Shown in pieces: positions 1 to 13,680 of a stretch of DNA of 64,000 nt (position 1 is the stretch's first letter; the number at the start of each line of letters is the position of its first letter). The stretch lies in contig CAUPSL010000234.1 in assembly GCA_963514005.1 (NCBI GenBank), positions 62,001 through 126,000 on the forward strand, read 5' to 3'. This DNA is from Raja brachyura (taxonomy: Eukaryota). The notes beneath the pieces are model-generated. The model worked only from the letters and a program-made list of their open reading frames with translations. It had not been told where the DNA came from and did not search any database. A program made the position numbers and the translations under genes.

Positions 1-1008
1 GAGGTCAGTGCGGGGGAGGGGCAGTTGTAACTGGTTCCACTGAGGAATAAAGGTCATTCACCCATCAGCCGTCTCCTGTCTCCTTCACACTCGCTCCGCC
101 AAGCCGACCTTACTCTTTAATGCTGAGCAACCATTTCTTAACAAGAAACACCAACTGCAAAGTCCATGCAGATTCAGATTCAATGGAAAGGTCGCAAGTG
201 ATAGGAGTAGAATTAGGCCATTCGGCCCATCAAATCTACTCCGTAATTTAATCACGGCTGATCTATCTTTCCCTTTCTCCATTTTCCTGCCTACTCACCA
301 TAACCCCTGACATCCGTTGTAATCAAAAATGTATTTATCTCTGCCTTAAAAAGGCCGTTGACCTGGCCGTCCATGGCCGTCTGTGACAATGGGTCCCACA
401 GATTCACCACCCTCTGACTAAATAAATTCCTCCTCATCTCCCTCCTAAAGGAACGTCCTTTCACTATCTCCCACTAATGGAAACATTGTGAAAGTGGCCT
501 TTCCAAAGTAATGACCATTTATTAAAGATGTGGCAAACAAAGTTAGACACAAAAAGCTGGAGTAACTCAGCGGGACAGGCAGTATCTCTGGAGAGAAGGA
601 ACGGGTGATGTTTCGGCTTGAGACCCTTCCTCAGACAGTCGAGAGAGGGTCTCGACATGAAACATCACCCAATCCTTCTCTTCAGGGATGCTGCCTGCCC
701 TGCTGGGTTACTCCAGCATTTTGTGTCAATCTTCAGTGTAAACCAGCATCTACAACTCACAGTGCCCAGAGCAAAACATAATAGATGGTGCCCTCCCCTA
801 ATTCCCCATTTGGTGGTGCCCTCCCCTAATTCTCCACTGTAGAGAAACAGACCCTTCTGCCCTCCAAGTGCACGCTGACCATAGTTTTTATAAATTACAC
901 TGTTGTGCAGGGAATAGATAAGAAAGTGGGATAACCTAGTTAGCTTGAGTTAACGTACAAACACGTATGTCTTTGAGAAGTGGGAGGAAACCAGAGCACC
1001 TGGACAAA

Positions 1009-1340
1009 TCATCATCATCATTGGCCGTCACTCGAAACGAGTATGACTGCCCTCTCCTCCCCATAGGGACGTCCACTTATGGGTCTGCAGATGTCTGTAG
1101 AGGCCGATCCGCGATCCACACACTGTGGTGTAATGTGGGCAGTGGAGACTGGCGGTGGTTGGTAGTCGTCGTGCTACCTTCTCTCTCTCCTCTACGATGC
1201 TGTCGCTTTGTCTCTGCGACACGCCGTAGTTTCATTTTGTGACGAGCAGCTCCTTCCTGCACGGATTTCCTCCAGGAGTGCCTGTCCAGTGCAATGAGCT
1301 CCCAGTTGCTTGATGTGGTGTGGAATTTCTTCAGACTGTT
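1009..1340 (-). mobile_element. 5'-truncated RTE-clade LINE
   Basis: C-terminal WE..A.DR..WR and CPH...CGSRIGLYRHLQTH motifs, (TGA)n tail, 10-bp TSD CCTGGACAAA (999-1008 and 1341-1350). Confidence 0.85.
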
Positions 1341-3274
1341 CCTGGACAAAATTCACGCGGTCACAGGGAGAACATACAAACTTCACACACAGCATCTGAG
1401 GTCAGGATCATACCCGAGTCTATGAGGCAGCAGCTCTACCTGCTGCACCACTGTGTAACCCTATTAAAGGGAAGTACATATGGACACTGACTTGATTTGA
1501 ACCTGTGATCTTTGTTTACAAGATGTTAAAGTTGGCAGTTGCCTTACCAAATTGTAAGATGGGAGATGGGAGACCAGTGTCAGTGCAGACATTCGTGGAG
1601 CGAGCAGAGGCCGGTGGCATTGTAAGGCCCTCGTTTGTTCCAACGTCCTGTCTTGAAAGACGGTTGAAATGTGAGAGTGGAAGAGAGTCTGGCTGGTGAG
1701 CAACAGATGCTGTGTGTTGGCTGCTGTCATGCTGTTGTGGAACATGGAAGATGTTGTCTTGAGAGACAGAAAGGGAGAGGCAAAAACGGAGAGAGACAGA
1801 CAGAGGGACAGAGAGAGACAGAAACAGACAGAGGTAGAGACAGACAGACAGAGACAGTGAGCGACACCGAGACAGAGAGAGAAAGCTTGACAGGTACTGA
1901 GATAGAGAGAGAGAGATGTATAATCGAGCGAAAAAGGCAGACTGTTGCAGTATATTATACAGAGGAAGGCAGAGGAATCATTGTGAACGCCAGTGCATGG
2001 AGCAGGAAGAGAGAAAGAGAGAGGACAAGGAGGTAGATGGAATGAAGGTGTGCAAAGGCAGTGTGAGTGGGCTGGGTGTGGTATGTAGTATTAACACTGG
2101 TCTGTATTGTTTTTGGCCTCTCTGTATTGTGGTTCAGTAGGGATACACTGGCACAATGTTCCAGTGAATTATGTAATTCATAAGTTGGGTCTGTGATCTG
2201 GAGACCGTGTCCCCACCACACCACAGCGGTGAGGAGTTTAAAGTCAGTTCATTAAATCTGTGCTATTAAAGGCCCTTATTCTGTTGTTGTGACATTGGGA
2301 AAGAGATCATTTAAGAAGGAACTGCAGATGCTGGAAAAATCGAAGGTAGACAAAAATGCAGGAGAAACTCAGCGGGTGAGGCAGCATCTGTGGAGCGAAG
2401 GAATAGGTGACCTTTCGGGTCGAGATCCTTCTTCAGACTGATGTGGGGGTGGGGGGGGGGCGGGAAGAAGAAGAAAGGAAGAGGTGGAGACAATGGGCTG
2501 TGGGAGAGTTGGGAAGGGGAGGGGAAAGAGGGGGAAAGCATGGAGTACCTGAAATTGGAGAAGTCAATGTTCATACTGCTATTTCAGGTAGTCCTTGCTT
2601 TCTCCCTCTTTCTGACATCTTCCCAATAACATTGTGCCCAAAACTGAACACAATACTCTAAATGTGGTCCCATCAATTACTTAGAAAATAGACAATAGAC
2701 AATAGGTGCAGGAGTAGGCCATTCGGCCCTTCGAGCCAGCCCGGCCATTCAATGTGATCATGGTTGATCATCCACAATCAGTAGCCCATTCCTGCCTCCT
2801 CCGCATATCCCCTAACTCCGCTATTTTTAAGAGCCCTGTCCAGCTCTCTCTGGAAAATAGACTGCCTCCCCCGCCCTCTGAGGCAGAGAATTCGAACATG
2901 ACCTCTCAACCTCTATACTCAATACTCTGACTGATGAAACCCAATGTATCAAAAGTCTTTTTGACCACCCTATCTACCTGCGACTCCACCTTCAAGGATC
3001 CATGCGCCTGTACTCCTAGATCCCTCTGCTCTACAACACTCCCCGGAGGCCTACCATTGTCTGGTCATGTCCCCAATGTCTTTTCCCCGAGGTGTATTCC
3101 TCCAATACCCGGCCCCGTGGGCTTTCCTGCAATGTCTGGCCCTCGGACCTACGCCATTTGGATCAGGTGCTGGTGTTGACTCTTCAGTATCTGTGTATCC
3201 TATTCTAAACCTGTCCATGTACTCCTCTCCTGATGCGTTTCAGCCAAATATCTGGTGTATTTGGTGCACGCATA

Positions 3275-3770
3275 GAGTCATAGATTAATACAGTGTGGAA
3301 ACAGGCCCTCCCACCTAACACGCCCACACCGGCCAACAATGTCCCAGCTACCCTAGTCCCACTTGCCTGCACTTGGTCCATATCCCTCCAAACCTGTCCT
3401 ATCCATGTACGTGTCCAACTGTTTCTTAAACAATGGTCTACCTCCTCTGGCAGCTTGTTCCATACACCCACCACCCTCTGTGTGGAATAGTTACCCCTCA
3501 GATTCCTTTTAAATCTTTTCCACTTCACCTTGAACCCATGTCCACTGGTCCTCGATTCCGCTACTCTGGGTAAAAGACTTTGTGCATCTACCCGATCTAT
3601 TCCTCTCATGAGTTTGTACATCTCTACAGGATCACCCCTTATCCTCCTACGCTCCATAGAATAGAGACCCAGCCTGCTCAACCTCTCCCTATAGCTCACA
3701 CCCTCTAGTCCTGGCAACATCCTTGTAAATTCCTGGCAACATCCTCGTAAAAATCCTGGCAACATCCTCA
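3275..3770 (-). mobile_element. CR1 LINE 3' fragment
   Basis: RERLSRLGLYS...RRIRGD...TQRVVGVWNKLP. Confidence 0.85.
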
Positions 3771-5377
3771 GCTGAAGTCCTTAAAGTGACGAGTAAAGTG
3801 ATCAACTCCAAACATTTCATGTTCTTGTTATTTTCTTTTATTTATGTATCTAATTTCAAATGAAAAGATTTATTTGGCATTTATAAATGAATACATTTTT
3901 ACAAGAATTTATTTATCTCTGCCTTCAAAAGGCTATTGACTTGGCCTCCATGGCCATCTGTGGCAATGAGTCCCACAGATTCACCACCCTCTTACTTAAT
4001 AAATTCTTCCTCATCTCCTTCCTAAAGGAGCGTCCTTTCACTATCTCCCACTAGCGGAAACATTGCGAAAGTGGCCTTTCATGAAGTAATGACCATTTAT
4101 TAAAGACGGGGCAAACAAAGTTAGACACAAAAAGCTGGAGTAACTCAGCGGGACAGGCAGTATCTCTGGAGGGAAGGAACGGGTGATGTTTCGGGTCGAG
4201 ACCCTTTTCAGACAGTGTGAAGAGGGTCTCGACCTGAAACATCACCCATTCCTTCTCTCCAGAGATGCTGCCTGCCCTGCTGGGTTACTCCAGCATTTTG
4301 TGTGTATCTTTGGTGTAAACCAGCATCTACAGCTCACAGTTCCCAGAGCAAACAAACATAATAGATGGTGCCCTCCCCTAATTCCCCATTTGGTGGTGCC
4401 CTCCCCTAATTCTCCATTGTAGGAAAACAGGCCCTTCGGCCCTCGAAGTGCACGATGACCATAGTTAGTGTAAATTACACTGTTGTGCAGGGAATAGATA
4501 AGAAAGTGGGATAACCTAGTTAGCTTGATTTAACAAACAAACCCGTATGTCTTTGAGAAGTGTGAGGAAACCAGAGCACCTGGCGGGATTTGAACCTGTA
4601 ATCTTTGTTTACAAGATGTTAAAGTTGGCACAGTTGCCTTACCAAATTGCCACAGTTATAATCTGAATCAGCACAAAATATACCCAGTAGTTGTTTTAAA
4701 ATTTGAAAAACATCCTCCCACTCCCACTCTCTGTCTGAATCATATAAAATAGGTACAGGAGTAGGCCATTCGGCCCTTCGAGCCAGCACAGCCATTGAAT
4801 ATGATCATGGTTGATCATCTAAAATCAGTACCCTGTTCCTGCATTTCCCCTTATCCCTTGATTCCCTTAGCCCTAAGAGCTAAATCTCTTGAGAAGAAGG
4901 GTCTCGACCCAAAACGTCACCCACTCCTTCTATCCAGAGCTGCAGCCTGTCCCGCCGAGTTACTCCAGCATTTTGTGTCTATCTTCGGAGTAAACCAGAT
5001 AGACTGCAGTTCTGCAGTCTGCACTTCCTTCCTGCACATTTTTGACTGAGGGGAAAGAAGCAGAGACATAAAGCAGAAGTCAAGGCTGTTATTTTCAAGC
5101 AGTGAAGTGTGGGAAATATACTGGAGGAGTGGCAGCACTTCTGGAGGAAAAATCAGAGGAGATGGGAGACCAGTGTCAGTGCAGACATTCCTGGAGTGAG
5201 CAGCGGCCAGTGGCATTATAAGGCCCTCGTCTGTTCCAACGTCCTGTCTTTAAAGACGGTTGAAATGTGAGGGTGGAAGAGAGTCTGGCTGCTGAGCAAC
5301 AGATGCTGTGTGTTGGCTGCTGTCATGCTGTTGTGGAACATAGAAGATGTCGTCTTGAGAGACAGAAAGGGAGAGGC

Positions 5378-6045
5378 TTTCGGACTTCCGGACTTAAATT
5401 TGATTCTTACAGTAAATCAAAGAAATTTCTTTGATTACTGTTTGATAATTGGGAAAAAAATTATATTGACATTTTGGAAGAGAACATTATCCCCCACAAT
5501 CAAAATGTGGGCAGCAGAGATGTTGGAGACGTTACATTTGGAAAGAATTAGATTTGTCCTATTGGACAAATATAATTCCTTCGAACAGATATGGTCTCCA
5601 TACATACAGTATTTAGAGGAGTAGCTGTTCTTGGCAACACAGCTCGGCGGGCACCCTACGGGATTTGATGAGAATAATTCATTTTCATATTGGGATTAGT
5701 ATACTCTTATTGATATTATATTTGTAATAGTTTTATTAATAATACATACTGTTGTTTTTCATTATATATATATAATATTTTTTCACTTTTTTGTTAACCT
5801 TTTTCTTTTCTTTTTTCTCTTTTCCTTCTTATATATAATCAAATTATTATTTAATCACACTCTTAATGATTTATAATTGCTCTATTCTTTCTCTATCTTT
5901 ATTTCTAAAAAAAATAGAAGATAAGTATTATTAATGTTTTAGTTATATAAAAATTGAATTAAGTTGATGTTTGTAAAGTGGTTTAAAACATTGTAATTGA
6001 TTAACTTTAATAAAAAAATATTTAAAAAAAAATAATTAAAAAAAA
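5378..6045 (+). mobile_element. 5'-truncated L1/Tx1-like LINE with polyA tail
   Basis: ORF2-like C-terminus (KKIILTFWK...PTIKMW...LERIR...IWSPY), AT-rich 3'UTR, AATAAA and A-tail, 14-bp TSD AGAAAGGGAGAGGC (5364-5377 and 6046-6059). Confidence 0.8.
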
Positions 6046-7332
6046 AGAAAGGGAGAGGCAAAAACGGAGAGAGACAAAGACAGAGACAGAGAGAGGGACA
6101 GAGAGAGGCAGAAACAGAGAGAGAGAGAGAGAGAGAGGGATATGGGGAAAGATGTATAATCGAGCGAAAAAGGCAGACTGTTGCAATGTGTTATAAAGTG
6201 GAAGGCAGAGAAATCATTGTGAATGCCAGTGTATGGAGCAGGAGAGAGAAAGAGAGTGGACAAGAAGGGAGATGGAATGAAGGAGTGCAAAGGCAGTGTG
6301 AGTGGGCTGGGTGTGGTATGTAGTATTAACACTGGTCTGTATTGTTGTTGGCCTCTCTGTATTGTGGTTCAGTAGGGATACACTGGCACAATGTTCCAGT
6401 GAATGATGTCATTCAGAAGTTGGGTCTGTGATCTGGAGACCGTGTCCCCACCACACCACAGCGGTGAGGAGTTAAAAGTCAGTTCATTAAATCTGTGCTA
6501 TTAAAGGCCTGTGTCTGTAGTTGTGACATTGGGAAAGAGGTTGTTTAAGAAGGAACTGCAGATGCTGGAAAAACCGAAGGTAGACAATAATGCTGGAGAA
6601 AATCAGTGAGTGAGGCAGCATCTGTGGAGCGAAGGAATAGGTGACCTTTCGGGTCGAGATCCTTCTTCAGACTGATGTGGGGGTGATCAGATTACCTTTA
6701 TTGTCATACAGACCTTTCGGTCTGAACAAAATTTTGTGCCTGCAGTCATACATATATTAAAATTAACAAAAACACACAATAAACACAAATTTAACATCCA
6801 CCACAGTGAGTTCACCAAACACCTTCTCACTGTGATGGAAGGCAAAAGTCTTAGTCTTTGTCTCTTCCCTCCTTGATTTCCCTCTGCGCTGAGGCGATCC
6901 AGGCCTCGGATGTTGTGAGCCGCTGGGTGTTGGTAAGTGAGTCAGTCCCGCGGCTGAGGGGGGGCGGGAAGAAAAAGAAAGGAAGAGGCGGAGACAATGG
7001 GCTGTGGGAGAGTTGGAAAGGGGAGGGGAAAGAGGGAGAAAGCATGGACTACCTGAAATTGGAGGTCAATGTTCATACCGCTATTTCAGGTAGTCCTTGC
7101 TTTCTCCCTCTTTCTGACATCTTCCCAATAAAATTGTGCCCAAAACTGAACACAACACTCTAAATGTGGTCCCATCAATGACTTAGAAAATAGACAATAG
7201 ACAATAGGTGCAGGAATAGGCCATTTGGCCCTTTGAGCCAGTCAGGTCCTGGCAACATCCACAGCTGAAGTCCCTAAAGTGATGAGTAAAGTGATGATCA
7301 ACTCCAAACATTTCATGTTCTTGTTATTTTCT

Positions 7333-7338
7333 TTTATT
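7333..7338 (-). terminator. Candidate polyA signal of the membrane form
   Basis: First AATAAA seen after the TM2 stop (~520 nt). A duplicate copy lies at 3837-3842. Confidence 0.5.
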
Positions 7339-7854
7339 TATGTATCTAATTTCAAATGAAAACATGCAGTTCAGCAGAAAAATTAAAAATAAGCTGCAGA
7401 CAATGAGTTAAACAACATCTGCTTTACAAAATCCGATTGAGCAAGTCCCCAAGCATCGCACCCCCCCCTCCACCACATTGCTTCCCCTCCCCATGCCCCC
7501 TTGCTCCACAATATCAGTGCATCCCTCCCCCTCCCACATTCCCCTCTTCTCTTTCACTCATCACATTCCCATCCCCTGCTCCCCATTACCAAATATTAAT
7601 CCTGCCTTCCCCGCCCCTTCCCCCCCCCACCACCCCCCCCCCCCCCCCCCCACCCCACCCAACCTCGCTCAGTTCCAACCAGTTTCTTCCCCAGCATCCC
7701 AGTGCATTTCCAAGTTTATCTCCTGAAATGAGCGTTTGCAGAGCAGTAGCCTCGGATTGCCGAGTGAGTGAGTGAAGGACAGGGAGACTCCATTTGCTAA
7801 CGTCAGCAGCTGCATGGCGATCTCTTGAGTGAATGTGGCGTGTGTGTCGGCTGG

Positions 7855-7866
7855 TCATTGCTGCAC
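7855..7866 (-). CDS. IgW: Probable TM2 exon coding part (VQQ*; cytoplasmic tail KVQQ)
   Basis: Acceptor CTGACTTTCCTGTGTATATTACAG|GTG CAG CAA TGA, phase 0 matching TM1 and resembling the KVK tail. It lies in unique sequence followed by a polyA signal. Confidence 0.65.
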   Translation of the reverse strand: MQQ

Positions 7867-8189
7867 CTGTAATATACACAGGAAAGTCAGACATTGTGTG
7901 TGGCAAGGTGCAGCACAGAAGGTGATCTGTAGGGACAGGCTAACTAAATAATAGACAGTCTGTCCTTAACCTCAGAGATGGACCCTCATGGACAGGGGGT
8001 CTGCACCTTTTCTAGGACCCTCGAGGATTGGTGGTCTGTGCATATTTGTAGGAGATGGACCCTCATGGACAGGTGGTCTTTCATTAGTGGCCCAGGTCAA
8101 CTCTAAGGGATACACAGTCTGAATACCAGTTGTGGGCTGAAGAGAGGTTCCGTACTTGGGCTCAGCTTTCAGATACGGAGTACCCTGTT

Positions 8190-8500
8190 AGTTGTAGTTT
8201 AGTGATACAGCATGGAAACAAGCCCTGCAGCCCACCGAGACTGCGCCGACCAGCGATCCCTGCATATTAGCACTACACTACACACACTAGGGAGAATCTT
8301 TTACATTTACACCAAGCCAATTAACCTACAAACCTGTACATCTTTGGAGTTTGGGAGGAAACCGAAGATGTCAGAGAAATCCCACGCAAGTCACGGGGAA
8401 AACGTACAAACTCCGTACAGACAGCACCTGTAGTCAGGATGGAACCGGATCTCTGGCGCTGTAATGCAGCAACTCTATCGCTGCGCCACCGTGCGCCCAA
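8190..8500 (-). mobile_element. tRNA-derived SINE (HE1/V-SINE-like)
   Basis: GGTGGCGCAGCG A-box-like head and GGTTCCATCC B-box-like motif. A related copy at ~26655-27395 is split by CR1. Confidence 0.6.
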
Positions 8501-8680
8501 CATTTGACATGAATACAATGTTTGTTTGATTTTCTTGTTTGAGCCCAGGGTCATTGCCCCAAATACCCAACGTTCTATGAATGTTTGCTGTATCGAGGCC
8601 CAAAAGACAGGAGTAGAGGACAGGAGTAGAGGAGTAGACAAGAAGAAAGGTTCAAAGACCAGGGGGATGTGAAGGGTCCC

Positions 8681-11600
8681 ATAGAAACATAGAAACATAG
8701 AAAATACGTGCAGGAGTAGGCCATTCGGACCTTCGAGCCAATACCGCCATTCATTCATGGCTGATCATCCCCAATCAATAACACGTGCCTGCCTCATATC
8801 CCTTGATTCCACCAGCCCCTAGAGCTCTATCTAACTCTCTCTTAAATCCATCCAGTGATTTGGTCTCCACTGCCCTCTGTGGCAGGGAAATCCACAAATT
8901 CACAACTCTCTGGGTGAAAAAGATTTTTCTCACCTCAGTCTTAAATGGCCTCCCCTTTATTCTAAGACTATGGTCCCTGGTTCTGGACTCGCCCAACATT
9001 GGGAACATTTTTTCCTGCATCTAGCTTGTCCAGTCCTTTTATAATTTTATATGTTTCCATAAGACCCCTCCCCCTCATCCTTCTAAGCCTCAGTGAATAG
9101 AAGCCTAGTCTTTTCAATCTTTCCTCATATGACAGTCCCACCATCCCAGGGATCAATCTCGTGAACCTATCCTGCACTGCCTCAATCACAACAATGTCTT
9201 TCCTCAAATTAGGAGACCAAAACTGTACGCAATACTCCAGATGTGGTCTTACCAGAGCCCTATACAACTGCAGACGAACCTCTTTACTCCTATACTGAAA
9301 TCCTCTAGTTATGAAGGCCAACATTCCATTCGCTTTCTTCACTGCCTGCTATACCTGCACGCCAACTTCCAGTGACTGGTGTACAAGGGCACCCAGGTCT
9401 CGCTGTACCTTCATCTTACCTAACCTAACCTCATTGAGATAATAATCTGCCCCCTTGTTTTTGCCGCTAAAGTGGATAACCTCACATTTATCTATATTAT
9501 ACTGCATCTGCCAAGCATCTGCCCACTCACTCAAACTGTCCAGGTCACCCTGCAACCTCCAAACATCCTCTTCACAGTTCACACTTCCACCCAGCTTTGT
9601 GTCATCCGCAAACTTGCTAGTGTTGCTCCTAATTCCCTCTTCCAAATCATTAATATATATGGTAAACAGTTGCGGCCCCAACAGAAAGCCTTGCGGCACT
9701 TCACTCGCCACTGCCTGCCATTCGGAAAAGGACCTGTTCACTCTTACTCTTTGCTTCCTGTCTTCCAACCAATTTTCTATTCATGTCAACACCCTACCCC
9801 CAATACCATGTGCTCTAATTTTAGTCACCAGTCTCCCGTGCGGGACCTTATCAAATGCTTTCTGAAAGTCTAGATACATTACATCCACTGGCTCCATTAC
9901 ATTACATTATACAGATACATTACATCCATCCTTCATCCATTTTACTTGTCGCATCCTCAAAAAATTCTAGATTAGTCAAGCATGATTTTCCTCTCATAAA
10001 TCCATGCTGACTTGGACTAATCCTTTTACTGCTATCCAAATGCCCCATTATTACCTCTTTAATAATTAACCAGCATCTTTCCCACCACCGAAGTCAGGCT
10101 AACTGGTCTGTAATTCCCCGTTTTCTCTCTCGCTCCTTTTTTGAAAAGTGGGATAACATTAGATATCCTCCAATCCACAAGAACTGATCCTGAATTTATT
10201 GAGCATTGAAAAATGATCACCAATGCATCCACTATTTCTAGAGCCACCTCCCTGAGGACCCTGGGATGCAGACCATCAGGCCCCGGCGATTTATCATCCT
10301 TCAGTCCCATTAGCCTACCCAATACTATTTCTCGCCTAATGAAAATGTATTTCAGTTCCTTTACTCCCTTAGATCCTCTGTCCTCCAATACGTCTGGGCG
10401 ATTGTGTGTGTCTTCCTTAGTGAAGACAGATCCGAAGTACCCGATCAACTCTTCTGCCATTTCCTTGTTCCCCATAATATTTTCACCCGTGTCTGCTTCA
10501 AGGAACCCACATTTGACTTAGCTATAATTTTTCCCTTAACATATCAAATAAGCTTTTACTGTCCTTCCTTATATTGCTGGCCAGCTTCCCCTCGTACTTC
10601 ATCTTTTCAGCCCGTATTGCGCGTATTGTTTCCTTCTGTTGTCTGATGAACGTTTCCCAATCCTCTGGCTTCCGGCTACTCTTTGCTGTGTAATACATCT
10701 TTTCTTTTAGTTTTATTCTATCCCTAACTTCTCTTGTCAGCCACGGTTGCCTCCTTCTCCCCTTAGAATATTATTTTCCTTTTTGGAATGAAATGATCCT
10801 GCATCTTCCGGATTATGCCCAGAAATTCTTGCCAATGGTGTTCCACCATCATTCCTGCTCGGATCCCTTTCCAGTCTACCTTGGCCAGCTCCTCTCTCAT
10901 GGCTTCATAGTCCCCTTTGTTCAACTACATCACTGAAACTTCCAATTTAACGTTCTCCTTCTCAAATTGCAGATTAAAACTAATCATATTATGATCACTA
11001 CCTCCAAGTGGTTCCTTTACCTCGAGTTCTCTTATCAAATCTGGTTCATTGGACAACACTAAATCCCGAATTGCCTTTTCTCTGGTCGGCTCCATTACAA
11101 GCTGCTCTAAGAATCCATCTCGGAGGCACTCTACAAACGCCCTTTCTTGGGGCCCTGAACCAACCTGATTTTCCCAGTCTACCTGAATATTGAAATCCCC
11201 CATCACCACAGTGGCATTACCTTTGTTACATGTCAGTTTTGACTCCTGCTGCAACTTACACCCTACATCCGGGCTACTATTTGGGGGTCTGTAGATAACA
11301 CCAATTAGTGTCTTCTTGCCTTTGCAATTCCTCAACTCAATCCACAGTGACTCTACCTCTTCAGTCCCTATGTCTTCCCTCGCAAGGGACTGAATTCCAT
11401 CCCTCACCAGCAGAGCGACCCCCCCCCCCCCTCCTCTGCCCACCTGCCTGTCCTTTCTATAGGATGTATAACCCTGAATATTAAGTTCACAGGCCCGATC
11501 CTCCTGCAGCCACGTCTCAGTATTTCCCACAATGTCATATCTACCAACTTCTAACTGAGCCTCAAGCTCATCTACTTTACTTCTTATACTTCGTGCATTC

Positions 11601-11785
11601 ATATACAATACTTTTAATTCCTCACGCATCTCACCTTTCACATCGATCCCTATTACACTTGGCCATACTCTTCTATCCCTTTGTGAGCTTTCTTTCCCGT
11701 TAATTCTGGGGTCATTAACTATCCCTTTCCTCCCTTTCCCTTTAACTCCGTCCGTGACTATCCCATTTGACACCCCGCCCCTTAT
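8681..11785 (-). mobile_element. CR1 LINE, decayed ORF2 (APE endonuclease + RT)
   Basis: YMNARS, ETWL, YRPP, GDFN, SDHN, KSPGPDG, NYRPVSLTS, FADD, RPHLEY motifs with frameshifts, plus a short-repeat 3' tail. Confidence 0.95.
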
Positions 11786-11912
11786 TGTCCCAGACTGCAT
11801 CATCTGTTGGCCGTAGTGTGGTGAGGATTGGAGAGTCAGAGAACAGTGTAGTCAGGAATGGACGGTCACAGTGTGGGTGTCACAAAGTATCTCTGTCGTT
11901 GGTCATCGTTAC

Positions 11913-12052
11913 CTTGACAACGGTGACGAAGGTACTGTAGAGGAAACTGATAATGAACAGGATGGCAAAGGCAGCAACTGTGAGCACATTGTCATCACCA
12001 TCCAAGTCCCCCGGCTCCTCCTTCCCTTCCTCTCCTGTCAAGTCTGTGCCGG
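11913..12052 (-). CDS. IgW: Transmembrane exon TM1
   Basis: Not in the ORF track. Reads (A)GTDLTGEEGKEEPGDLDGDDNVLTVAAFAILFIISFLYSTFVTVVK then GTAACG donor: acidic spacer plus the conserved antigen-receptor TM (CART) motif with YST. The exact acceptor is uncertain (12052, 12043 or 12034). Confidence 0.92.
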
Positions 12053-12984
12053 CTTCAGGACAAATGAGAAGGTGAGACAGTTAGTTTGCCGCAGATGTTT
12101 TGAGAAGATCAACAACGTGTGAATAAAATGAAGACAACAGGAGGACAGGAAGACAGGAGGCTCAGGTCAGTTCCACCGTTCAATCATATGTGGAGATCTA
12201 TCACCAGCTCCACTGAGCTGACTTTCCCCCACATCCATTAACATCTCGTATAGTCAAACTCTGCAATCTCAGATTTAAAATCACCTTCAGACCTGGAACC
12301 AAATGCTAACTGTGGAAGGCTATTCCAAACTTCCATGAACCTCTGATAGATGCAAAAAGCTGGAGTAACTCAGTGGGACAGGCAGTATCTCTGGAGAGAA
12401 GGAATGGATGAGGTTTCGCGTCGAGACCCTTCTTCAGACGCCATGACCCACTTCCATGCAGCATGGCTGCCTCTAACTTTTAGATACTGTACTTTGTATA
12501 AAGTTGGATTTCCATCAATCAGGGAGATCATTTGTAACCCAGGGAGCACTGTACACAACTAAAAAATAATTCCTCCTCATCTAGTTAGTTTAGTTTATTG
12601 TCACGTGTACCGAGGTACAGTGAAAAGCTTTTGTTGCGTGCTAACCAGTCAGCGGAAAGACAAAATATGATTACAAATGAGTCATTCACAGTGTATACAT
12701 ACATGATAAGGGATTAACCTTTAGTGCAAGGTAAAGCCAGTAAAGTCCGATCAAAGATAGTCCGAGGGTCTCCAGTGAGGGAGATAGTAGTTCAGGACCG
12801 CTCTCTGGTTGTGGTAGGGTGATTCAGTTGCCTGATAACAGCTGGGAAGAAACTGTCCCTGAATGTGGAGGTGTGTAAATAGTTCTTCCCAGGAAAATCT
12901 ATTCCGTTAGCTCCCATTAACTTTGTGAAAACACCAAATAAATCTTCCTTTAGCCTTCTAAATGACAACTTATTCAGCATCATG

Positions 12985-13680
12985 AAAGTAAGCATGCAGG
13001 TAGGTACAGCAGGCAGTGAAGAAAGTGAATGGCATGTTGGCCTTCATAACAAGAGGAGTTGAGTCTTGGAGCAAAGAGGTCCTTCTGCAGTTCTACCGGG
13101 CCCTAGTGAGACCACACCTGGAGTATTGTGTGCAGTTTTGGTCCCTTAATTTGAGGAACGGCATTCTTGCTATTGAGGGAGTGCCGCGTAGGTTTACAAG
13201 GTTAAATCCCAGGATGGTGGGATTATCATATGCTGAGAGAATGGAGCGGTTGGGCTTGTATAGTCTAGAGTTTAGAAGGATGAGAGGTGATCTTATTGAA
13301 ACATATAAGATTATTAAGGGTTTGGACATGCTAGATGCAGGAAACACGTTACCGATGTTGGGCGAGTCCAGAACCAGGGGCCACAGTTTAAGAATAAGGG
13401 GTACGCCATTTAGAATGGAGACGAGGAAACGCTTTTTCACACAGAGAGTTGTGAGTCTGTGGAATTTTCTGCCTCCGAGGGCGGTGGAGGCTGGTTCTCT
13501 GGATACTTTCAAGAGAGAGATAGACAGGGCTCTTAAAGATAGACAAGATAGTCAGGGGATATGGGGAGAAGGCAGGAACGGGGTACTGATTGTGGATGAT
13601 CAGCCATGATCACATTGAATGGCTGTGCTGGTTTGAAGGGCCGAATGACCTACTCCCGCACCTATTGTCTATTGTCTATT
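12985..13680 (+). mobile_element. CR1 LINE 3' fragment
   Basis: LVRPHLEYCVQFW...RRMRGDLIETYK. Confidence 0.9.

Larger units (their letters stand above)
330..7362. repeat. Tandem duplication of a ~3.5-kb block (about 330-3866 and 3910-7362)
   Basis: Collinear near-identical segments (e.g. 331-1003 vs 3911-4583; 1560-2450 vs 5160-6685; 3760-3866 vs 7247-7362), with different TE insertions in each copy. Confidence 0.85.

Noticed and set aside
46-51. AATAAA on the plus strand as the 3' end of a convergent gene
   Set aside because: No exon evidence within the window.
545-735. ~190-bp inverted-repeat hairpin (also ~4120-4315) as a structured RNA
   Set aside because: It is two head-to-head copies of a short interspersed repeat found many times in the window (e.g. 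4890, 12355, 34690, 41125).
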